Notes under the pieces: generated by a model | What the model was told of the DNA's origin: nothing | The model's database searches: none | The model's input: only the letters and a program-made list of their open reading frames with translations | From: Antechinus flavipes | Lineage: Eukaryota | NCBI RefSeq assembly: GCF_016432865.1 | Contig: NC_067403.1 | Coordinates: 254,138,001-254,202,000 of the forward strand | Direction of reading: 5' to 3' | DNA length: 64,000 nt | Shown: in pieces, positions 13,201-23,596 of the stretch | Position numbering within the stretch: position 1 is the stretch's first letter | Layout of the letters: each line of letters begins with the position of its first letter | Made by a program: the position numbers and the translations under genes

Positions 13201-16200
13201 TCCTTTCATCCGGGGACGAATGGCCATGGGGAAGGACATGAGTGGCCCCTAACTCATGCTCCCCATTTTCCAGGGAGGTCAGCTGCCGAGACGCTGAGGG
13301 TAGGGCTTGAATTCTAAGGTTGCCTCCAGATGTTCAGGAGGTGGGATTCCATAGATCTGCATTGCTCTGCCCCTGGCTGCTACTAGGACTGTCCTGGGGT
13401 GGCTCCCAGGTGCCCGGGGCCAGCTGTAGCCAGGATCCTGTGGGTCAGTGGGCAGTCTAATGTGCAGGAGGTGGAATTATATGGTCCTGCATTCAATGGG
13501 AGGGAAGGGATTACTCAGATCTGCCAGGCCTCCTGCTCCACTGACAGGGCGGTGACCTTCCTGCCTCACCCTACCTACTGCCCTCCTTTTTCCAGGAAAG
13601 TTGACAATGAGCTCCTTGGTGTATTCGACAGGCCGGGATGCATGAATCAGATTGGCCGCTGTGGGTCCTTGAGGATGGTCCTCTGGGTGTGGGCAGTAAG
13701 TGAAGCTGGGAGGGACAGAGCCAGCCTTCCTTGAAAATACTTCTCCACCTACTCCCACAACTGGTTGTTTCTTTTTTTCCTTTATCCTCTTATTCTCTCA
13801 AGTATGACAGATGTTGCTCCCTAAGCCCTACCTTGGGGATGCAAGCAAAGGCTTTTTCTCTCCGATCAGTAGAAGATTCAGGGATCATAGGATGGGGGGG
13901 GTGGGAGAGGAGAAAGCTTTGGAGATTTTCTTGTCATTCGAGTCTGGCTTAACAAAGCTGATAAGTGACTTGGAACCCGAGTCCTCTGGCCCCTGAGGGG
14001 CTGGAGCTGTTGTTCTCTGCTGCTTCTCCGGGGCCTAGGCCAGCCTGTCCAGGCCAGCACAGTCGGATCTGATGAGCTTTTAGCAAGCACCCACCGTGTG
14101 CCAGGCATTGTGCCATGCGCTAGAGATGCAAAGACAGAAGGGAAAAGGGTCCTTGTCTTCCAGGAGTTTACATTCTAGAGGAGGGGATGCAACATGGAAA
14201 AAAGAGAAGGAAATCCAGGATGCTCAGGAGAGGAAGAGGGAACTACCAACCAACAGGAACAGGCAAATCCTGCCACGGCGGGTAACCTAGGAGCTGATTC
14301 TTGGAATAGACTGGGGATTCTTTCATCTACGATTGGCCCTGACTGAGACGCAGACTTTAAGGGTCCCCAGGAGTGTGATCTCGCACGAGTTTGCCTTTCA
14401 CCTCCCTGGAGCCTGTCAATCCAAAGGGCTGGATTAGCTGGTCTCCAGGACTTTCTTCCAATGTCCCCGTCCTAAGGATTTTTTTTTTTGGTGGGGGAGA
14501 AGGCCTGTGGGATGATGGGACTATCAGCAGCGGGCTCAAGAGCTCGACTCTCTGTTTTAAAGACTTGGACACCGAGCCAAGAGCTCGATCAAGGCTAGGG
14601 ATGGTCAGCGGGAGGGTGGGTGGCTCAGAGGACCCATCCTCACTGCCTAGCTCAAGCACTGGTCCTGCCGCCCTCCCTAGTCAAACCTCCCCCGCACCCG
14701 AGCCAGATTTAGCCGGGAGGGAGGGAAGCTGGGAACAGTTTTTTTATTTTTTTTATTTTAAGCAGCCTGGAGCGCAGCACGAACGCATTTCTGCGCCACA
14801 AAAGGATCCTAGAAGAGGCTGCGCAGGTGCAGATGGGGGGGGAGGGGAAGATTTGAGTGGCTAGTTCGGTCTCCTCCCTCCCTGCCCCCACATCCTACTA
14901 GACTGAGGGTGACACTAGCCACTAGCTCTTTGAGCCTTCTCCAGGCCCACTCTTCCCCTTTCTCCCATCACCTCGAATGGGACCTTTCAAAGGTCCTCAG
15001 AAAGCCTTATTTGTCCTCCTGAGAGCCAGGCTAGCCGATCCAAATTCCCATTTGGCATATTGGGAAACAGAGGCTCAGAGAAAGGAAGGGACTGGCTTGC
15101 GCTCACACAGCTCATTGAGCCATCTGGTCCCCGAACGCTTAGGTCCGCTGGTTCTTTGTACTCTGAAGGATGCTAAGAAAGCAGCACTTCCACCCTCCTG
15201 CCCCAACATGGGGAGGAGCGTCTGCAGGGAGGAGGTGGGGGAGGGGTGCCTTCTGGGGAGGCGGGCTTCTGGGGCAGTCCACACAAGAGGTCCTGACCTG
15301 CGCAATCATCAGAGTAGAGACTGCGTGGAAACACCCGGCGCTGATGCCCATTAACAACCGGCTGGCAAAGCACAGCCTCAGACGCTAGCTGGGGCCCAAA
15401 GAGGTTCCTGAACTCTAACGGAATCATAGAGCCTGCAGGGGAGAGGATCCAGATCTTGCTCATTTCAGAGCTCTGCCTCCCTCTCCAGCAGAGCCTTGGA
15501 GAAGAAACCCATTGATCTCAATCAGTCTCTCCTGCACGTCCTCACATAAATCACCAGTTCGGGGATCAGAGCGTTTACAATCAGAAAGCCCCTTAGGGAG
15601 CGCGTTGCTTGTCGGGAACTCAGAGACCATCTTCAGGGCTTCAGGTGTGGGAAAGTGTGGCTGATGACTTGTTCCCCAGTGTCAGAAGCCGGATTTGAAT
15701 CCAGGTTTCTTGACCTTAGTCCCAGGGAGCTTGCCATCTGCTCTAACTCCCCCCGGGGCCGGAAGCAGGGACTCTAAGTACTTAGGGATGTTCAGTTAGA
15801 GCGGCAGCCGAGGGGCCTGCTGGGGGAAGGGGCCGACCTTTTGAGTGCTGGAAGCCTCGGGCAGTCTGCGTGCAGCCCATGGAGCTGTGCCGCCCGGGGG
15901 CAGGCCCAGCCCAGGGGCAGTGGCCAGGCTCGCTCATTACCTCCTCCTATGGCTATTTTTGGTCGCCTCCGAAGGGATTCGCTCTTCTCCACCCCCACCC
16001 CCTGGGCAGAGGCGGGCGAAGGACTGAAATAGAAATGCAGGCTTGGGTGCTCTGATGTCTGTCTCCTCCTCCTTCGGAGAGGAAGCCGTCCTGGCCCCCC
16101 CCCCCCCCGGGGCGGCGGGGAGGGTGGTCTCCGATTCGCCTTTGGCACCTGGGGGCTCCTGTCCAGATGACCTCCTTCTCCTGGAGCGAAGGAGCCAGCT

Positions 16201-19200
16201 CGGAAGATTTTGCCCATTGTGAGCACCCGGGGTTGTTCTAAATTTTGAGCCAAAAAGGGCCATTTCCTTCATTGTACAGGTAAGGAAACTGAGGCTGAGA
16301 GGTTAGATGACTTGCTAAAGGCCATACAGCTAGGACATGGTGGAAGCAAAATTCAGCATCCCTAACACGGAGCCAGGGTTTGGAGAATTGTAAGCTGCTC
16401 ATCCCAGATCTGGGGCTCCGGGGGGAAATGTAAGTGTGGGGACATCACAGGGTTCAGGTCACTCGGACAGTCTCTTAACCAAGAGCCGGCCAGGAGGTGG
16501 CACAGGTGTGCCTGGGGCCTGAGCTGGGGAGTCGCCATAGTGCAGTATGGTACTGGGATGGTCTGGCCAGACCACCTGGGGAAGGTGTGACAAGACTCTG
16601 GGCAGTGACATTCGAGCTCCAGAAGTCAGAATCCTGATTTCTGGGGGCTTAAATGGTGTCTCAGAAAGAACCCTTGAAGTGGCTTCAAGAGTTCTGGGTC
16701 CTATTACTAGCTGTGAACAAATCACTTCCCCTCAGAAGCCTCAGTTTCCTTCTCTGTAAAAAGAATGTAATAGCATTGACACTGCTGATTTCCATCTCTC
16801 AGAGATGTGAAAATGGACTTTTGGAAGCAGGAAAATGCCAGCTATGTGGGGGGGGGGGGGGAGAAACCCCTGCGATGCCCCATCCCTTTCCCCATCCCTC
16901 TTTATCACATGCTTGCAAAGGGCTTAGCCCAGTATACAGTAGCCACTCAATAAGTGGTTGCTCTCTTCCTCTAAGTCAAGGTGTTGGAGAGTGAGCTCCA
17001 AGGGCAGGGATCTGGCCGGGATTGTTATTGTTGGAGGTAGCCATGATACCCTGGCCAGGGCAGAGCCTGAGAGAGGCCACCCAAGAAAGGTCTTGCCAGG
17101 GGAGGGAGAGAATGCCAGCTCCTCCCTCCCCCTTCTTACGCCTGCCTCCATTGCTTCTCCCCTCTTCAACTCCTTCTAGCTCCTGACTATAGGACTGAGG
17201 CTGAGGGGACACTCTGGAGGCAGGGACAGGAAGAAGACTCCCTTACAGGCATCACAAGGGGGTCATCTGTGGGAGCAGTGGTCTGGAAGTGAGGATGGGA
17301 GGGGGATTGCGACCCAGGCAGAGAGATTTCCAGGGAAATAAATGGGTTTTCCCAGAGAAGACCTGGGATTTCAGGGAATGTATTCTCTTTATCCATTCCC
17401 AGGGTGCTGAAAGGGCTGTAATGCCCCCCGTTCAAGCGGCCGTCTAGGTAGCTGGTGCAGTGGACCCACTTGGTACGCTATCAGGAACATCTGAATTTAA
17501 ATGTGGCTTCAGACAAGTACTAGCCGTGTGACCTTGGCCAAGTCCCTTAATCTATTGTAAAATGGAAGTAAGAGTGCTTGGAACACCGAAGGCACTTAAT
17601 AAACTCTTGTTCCCTTTCCCTTCGCTTCCTCTCGCCTCAGTTTCCTCATATGGGGGGGTAGTGCTCTCCATGCCTCTCTCATAGGGTTCATATGCACAAA
17701 AAAGTGGGGGATGGGTTCTGGAAAATCGAGCGACAGACCAGTCCCTCTGGAGTTGCCGTTCCCCGTGGGCACAGAACAGGTGCTCACTGGTCCGCCGAGT
17801 TCCGAGCCAGAGCAGGGCAGTCCGACCTCCACTCGGTCTGCACAAACCTTCGGCTCCCTCGCCCAGGGCGCAGCTTCGGGAGCAGAACAGGGAGCTCAGT
17901 CCTTGACTCTTCCCTCGAGCTCCAGGACTCTCCCACGGGGTCACCCGAACCCCGAAGGCTGCCTGTGCCCCCGAGACAAACTCCCCGAGTGGGGCTGAAA
18001 CGAAGCTTCCTAGTCTCTCCTTAATTTCCCATCCAGGGGGGCTGGAGGAGGGGGAGAAGGAGGAAGAAGCTTCGCGGGGAAGGCTTGTTCTCGGACCCAG
18101 AGACAGGAGGCGGTGGTCTGGCGGACCTGGTTCCATCCATCCATCCATCCACGCATCCGTCCCTCCGTCCATCTGTCCGTCCCGATTCCTTCTTCCATTA
18201 TTGGCCGAGCCCGGGCGCAGAGTTTAGAGTCCTAGTGTTGTTGGCTCTGTGGCCTGTGAAACCATGGGAAGCTTCTTTCCGTTTCTGGGCCTCAGTTTCC
18301 CCATTCGTCAAAACAAGATGGCAGGATCGTAGATTCGGGAGAGTTCGAGGTCATCTAGTTCTATTCTTCCTCTTACTGAGGAAGAAGCGGATCTTTTGAA
18401 GTCGTTTGCTTTTTTCAAACGAGTGCCGGGCGCCCAGCTGGGGCTGAAGTCCGGAGGGATCCTCAGGAAAGAAGTTTCGCGAGTCGGCTCCCGACCTCCC
18501 GGCTCCCAGAGACCCCCTCACCTGAGCAGCCGGGCCCCGCGCCACCCCCAGCCTCTTCCCTTGGAGAAGAGCACGCGGGAAGGAGTTGAAACCCGTTCCA
18601 GCTCCGCCACTTCTTTGCTGTGAGATCTTGGGCAAGTACTTTCCGCTCCGCAAAAGGAGGCATTGCACCTGACACTTCTAAAGGCCCTTTTCAGCTCCGG
18701 ATCTTCGGATCCCACGGGAAGGAGGCTGGTCCTGGTGCGAGCGCTCTCTCTCTCACCGCAGGGGCTTTTTACAACAGGTGGCTCCCGTCCCCACCCCCAT
18801 TTCTGTCCCCTCCTGCACACGGGCCTCCTTCTCCTCCCGTCCTCGCGTCCCCGCCTCTGCTCCCCAGCCGGCCGCCATGACGAACCCGCTTCTCCCTACC
18901 CCCATCGAGCTCCTCGCCCCCTCCGGTTCCGGGGGCGCAGCCGGAGCGGGCGGGGGCGGGGGCGGGATGCGTGCTCCAGCTTCTCCCTCCCCTTCTCAAG
19001 CGGCCTCCGATTCCCTCAGGCCTCTGTTCTCTCGGCCCTCGCCGCTTAGGGCCCCCAGACCTCGCTTAATTCCTCCAGGCCAGCCCTCCGACTCCGCGGT
19101 TAACATTTCCGAGATGGGGAGGGCGGGGGGTGGGGTGGGGGGCTGAGGTCTCGGGCCTGCCTTTGCGGGGGGAGGCAGAATTCGGTCTCCAGCCTCTCGG

Positions 19201-19611
19201 ACGGCTCCCCCTCCCCCCCCCCCCCCCGCCACGGTCCCCGGGGCCGCTCCGCCCGAGCGCGGCCTTTTGTCTTTCCAGTCCAAGATCCCGGGTTAGACGC
19301 GTGGGTTTGGCGGGGCGCGGGGAGGGGGCGTAAGAACGGCCTTAGCCTGAATGTGGAGAGATTTTCTTCCTCCCGAGGGGCGGAGGAGAGGGTGCGCCAA
19401 CGAGTCTACGGATAATGGCGTGAATTCTCCCGGGGAGCTGGGCCTCCGAAGGCCATTTCCCCAGCTCTGGGGGCCCCTCGAGCGGGGTCCGGATGCGGGC
19501 CCCGGGGTGGGGGGATTCCAGGCAATCTGAGCCCATTCCCCCGTGAGGTCACTCAGGGCCTGACCCAAGAAGCGGGTTCCGATCTGAGGATGGCACCTGA
19601 GAGGAAAGGGG

Positions 19612-19768
19612 TGTGTGCGCGTGTGGCCGTGAGTGTGCGTGAGTGCGTGTGTGGCTGTGTGTGCGCGTGTGGCTGAGTGTGTGCGTGTGTGGCCGTGTGT
19701 GCGCGTGTGGCTGAGTGTGTGCGTGTGGCTGAGTGTGCGTGGGTGGCTGTGCGTGTGCATGTGCGTGT
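19612..19768. repeat. ~20-bp GT/GC minisatellite inside the CpG island
   Basis: Units like GTGTGTGCGCGTGTGGCTGA. Confidence 0.8.
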
Positions 19769-20976
19769 GGTTCCCAGGGTCCGGACCTCTGCACTTCCAG
19801 ACCCCATCCGCCTCGATTCCCCATCGGCCGCCGACTAGGCGACAGGACAGTAGTAGGGGGGGCCGGCCCCCGTTCCCGCGGGCTGGGTCCCCGGCCCGGC
19901 CGCGCTCACGACCTTCCCCCGCACCCTTCTCCGAACCGTTTCTACGGCTGTAGGGCGGGCCCTGGGACAAAAGGTCTGCTCCAAGCCGGGAGCTCTGTCC
20001 CGAGTCGCAGACGGTCACGGTTGGAGGGGCCCTTCCATGCAGACCCTTATCTCACAGTTGGGGAAACCGAAATCCCGAAAAGGAAAGGGACTAGTTTAAG
20101 GTCACACAGGGTTAACCACCCCGAGATCCTGACGCCTAAGCTAGGGCTCCCCGCCCCCACGCCCTCCCCTCCCCCGCCTCAGTTTGGCCATTGTCCCCGT
20201 TTGGAGGTGGGGCGGGAGGGGATGGGCAGGTGTGTCCTCGCCCTCCGCTCCCTTAAGTCTCGGCTCCCTGCCCTGTCCCGAAGCCTCCGACGCCCGGTGG
20301 CGAGGACCCGGCTCGGGTTCCCTGGGTCCTGGCAGCCGCAGATTTAGCGCCCTCGGGTCACGCCGCCAGAGATGAGACAGCCGATAGAAACCAGAAGCCC
20401 GGGGGCTGGGAGTGGCGCGCGCCCGGGGCCGCTCGGCCGCCTTCTCCCCACCCCCGCCCCCGCGAGCCTCCAGCCGCCTCCGGCCCCTGCCCCGGCCGAG
20501 ATCTCGAGGGCGGCTCTGGGCTGGGGCCGCGGGAGTCCGGGGGACACAGACCCCAGCCCCAAAGGAGCTCACGCAGCGGGGCGCAGGGGGCGGGGGCGGG
20601 GGTCCAGCCTGTCCTGCCCAGACCCTGCTCTGTCCGCCGCACCCCTCTAGCCCAGCCCGGTCCGGCACGCGACACTCCCCGGACCCCTGCCCCCTCTTCT
20701 GCGCCCACCCCTGGGCGGGGCTCAGGGCAAAGACCCCCGGAGTCACTTACCTGGGGTGGCCCCTCACGCCGCGCCCCGGGCTCAGTTCCAACGTCAGGCC
20801 CAGCTCGGGGCTGACGGAGCCGGGGCTCTGGCCCCTGGGCCCTGGGTGGCGTCGGGGCCCCCAGCAGCTCCCTCCACCTCCTCTCCGCCTCCGGAGCGCC
20901 GGGCTGCCGGCCGCTCCTGCCCGCCTGCTTGGGCCGAGCTGCGCTGTGCCGAGGCGCAGCGGAGGCACCTCCCGCC

Positions 20977-20990
20977 GCGCCCCCTAGTGG
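20977..20990 (-). promoter_or_regulatory. CTCF consensus site
   Basis: CCACTAGGGGGCGC on - strand, a perfect match to CCASYAGRKGGCR, inside a CpG island. Confidence 0.7.
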
Positions 20991-21839
20991 GCGTGGGGTG
21001 CCCCGCGCGGCCGAGGTCCCTCTTCGCTATTTCCATCGTCACCCACCCCCTCGGTGGCTCCGGCTCGGGGCGGGGGGTGGGGGTGGGGGGAAATAGTCTG
21101 GAGCGCGGCGCAGCCGGGGCTGTGCTAGCTTCGGAAGGCGCTGGGAGGGGAGCTCGGACCGCCCGGGCCCTGCCGGGGGGTTTGTCCAATTAATCGACCT
21201 CCCCCCTTCCTCCCCATCCGCGTCCCCCTGCCCGGGTCAGCGACACTTGGAGTAGAGGCTGGGGCCAGGGCTGATCCCTGCGAGAAGGCCCGAGCCCCTT
21301 ACCGCCCCCCTCCCCGTCTGGTCCCTTCCCCCTCAAGGAGACCACCCCGGGCCTTGCGGCTGGGCGCTGCCTCCAGCACCCTGGAGCTGACCCGAGTGCA
21401 GCTGTGCTAGTCATTTCTTCTGATTGGAGGCCTCGGAGGCCGCCTGTTTACTGTTCCTGCCGAGTCTGGCGGCGGGGAGATTAATGGGGCACAATTGAGT
21501 TAGGGCCCCGTGGCTGGGGCTGGGAGGAAGGAGGCAGGGGGGAGGGGAGGCTGCCTGCTGGGCCTGGCCAGTGGCACCGGACACGCCCTAAGCTGAGCCC
21601 CCGTGGGGGGGGGGAGGAAAGCCGGGGAGAACTGGGGGGAGCTCAGTATGAAGCCCCAGAGAGATGGCTGCCCCAAATGAGGAGCCCCCATCCTTCTGAT
21701 TTCTGCTTTGAACCTGGCACGCCCAGGCCCCGGAGGGAAGGAGGAGGGAGACGGAAGCTGCTCGGGTTTTCCAGAAGGGAGATGAGGCAAGCCCCCTCAG
21801 CCAAGGCCCTCAGCCAAGGCACAACGTCCAAGAAGACCC

Positions 21840-21845
21840 TTTATT
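21840..21845 (-). terminator. Polyadenylation signal AATAAA of the OAT paralog
   Basis: tttatt on + strand about 220 nt beyond the stop at 22062. Confidence 0.6.
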
Positions 21846-22061
21846 AGCCACCTAATGTTTCTGCTTACCAAAAGGGAAACTGAGGCAAGATCCCAGAGCA
21901 GCAGGCCTGGGGCCTGCCTGCCCGGGCATGGTGTAAATAGGGCTGAGCCTCCTGTTTCCAGGGCTGCCAGCTTTTCAGCCCCGGGGGGACAGAAGGTGGG
22001 TGGGGGTGATGGGGTGAGCCAGTGAGGAGGTGGGAGACTGGCTTTTCTTAGCATCGTCAGC

Positions 22062-22266
22062 CTAGGAAGCCCTTCTGGAAGCAGCTGGCCGCTCCCACTC
22101 CTCCCTGAGGAGGACCAGGCCCGGAACAGCAGGCAGGGGTACGTGTGGACAGGCCAGGAACGTCCCGGGCGTCCTGTCGGCCCCGTGGTCTTGGGCGTGG
22201 GAGACGTCCTCTGGTCGCCACGGAGGCCCGGCTGCCAGCTGCCCTCTCCTAGGGACCCGTGTCCTG
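22062..22266 (-). CDS. OAT paralog candidate terminal exon (acceptor ambiguous)
   Basis: NAGNAG acceptor (exon starts 22266 or 22263) gives a ~67-codon tail ending RRAS*; an alternative acceptor (exon start 22279) gives [10 protein letters not shown]. Confidence 0.4.
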
Positions 22267-23542
22267 CTGTTGGGGGAACCTGAAAGACCCGACAGGTTTG
22301 GGGTGAGTGGGGAGGTTTTAAAAGGAAGGGGGAGTTCTAGGAAAGGCGGGGGAAGGGCTAAGTTGGCACCCACCTGTTCTCCACCTCTTCCACTGTGTCC
22401 TTCAAGGGCCGGTTCCTGGTTTCTGGCAGCCCAAGAGCCACGAGACCCGAGAGCACAGGGATGGAGCCGTAAATGATGGGGGGCACCAGAGGCATCTGCT
22501 CACCCGTCAGCTTTACCAGTGGGGCCACGATGCCCCCCACTCGGGCCATGGTGCTTCCTCCCCCCAGGCCAGTCTGCCTGGGTGGGGGGGAATCCAGTTC
22601 CAGAGGAGAGAGGGCGAGTCAGGGTCAGGCAGGAATCTCCTTGTCCCCACCCAGCACCTCCCAAGCACCCCATCCTAGCCTGGGTGGCCAAGACCCGAGG
22701 TTTTGCAGCTTATCCTGGTCTTTAACATTATTTATTTATTTTTACTGAGGCAATTGGGGTTAAGTGACTTGCGCAGGGTCACCCAGCTAGGAAGTGTTAA
22801 GTGTCTGAGGTCACATTCGAACTCAGGTCCTCCTGACTTCAGGGCTGGTGCTCTATCCATTGCGCCCCCTAGCTGCCCCATCTTATCCTACTTTTAACCC
22901 CCTAGAAAGGAATCAGGGGAGCAGCCTTATCCTTCGTCGACCCCCACATCCTGTCTCCCAGTCTTGGCTCCAGACAAAAGACAGGAAAAGAATCTTGGAA
23001 GGGGCAGAGAGCTAAGGAGTGAGCACAGGCTGCTGTGGTGGAGACAGGGAGGTCAGTCAGCCTCCCTTTTGGAGGCCCGTGCCCTGAACCTCTTCGCTTT
23101 AAATCCAGCACAGCCGGGACCACTTTCCCAGGGCCACCCATTCCCACGCCCCCAACCTCATTCCAAGCAGCAGGGCCCTTCAGGGAAGCCTCAGAGGCTG
23201 GCACCCTCCGGCGAGCCTCGGGAAAGGTCCCCCACCTGCCTTTTCCACTCTGGCATTCCCTTTTCTCCGTGTCAGCCCTGCCCTGTCCGGCGTCCCTCCC
23301 TCAGGGGCCGCCCACCAGCTTCTCAGCCTTAGGAAGGCATCCCAGGTCTGGCCCCCACCACAAGCAGCTGGCTGCCCTGGGAGCTCAGCCGGCCCTACCT
23401 GATGGCCGTGGGGTACAGCTCCCCCGTGTACAGGTACACGCAGTTGAAGGAGGCGGCCAGGCAGCCCTTCCCTAACACCGCCAGAGTTGTCCGAAGGGCG
23501 GCCAGTTCTGAGAAAGGACACAGATGGGATGCTAAAGGTGTG

Positions 23543-23596
<54 letters not shown>

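Larger units (their letters stand above)
18400..21420. promoter_or_regulatory. CpG island
   Basis: Visibly dense CpG and very high GC; GC box GGGGCGGGG at 21067-21075; contains a perfect minus-strand donor CAG|GTAAGT at 20750. Confidence 0.75.

Noticed and set aside
16490-16503. Plus-strand CTCF-like CCAGGAGGTGGCAC
   Set aside because: Mismatch at a conserved pyrimidine; common by chance in GC-rich DNA.
19293-21193. ORFs of 190-240 aa in the CpG island
   Set aside because: Low complexity and repeat-derived (HT runs); no homology recognised.
17390-21390. RE1/NRSE sites near 17395 and 21370
   Set aside because: Only the CAGCACC half matches; the GGACAG core is absent.
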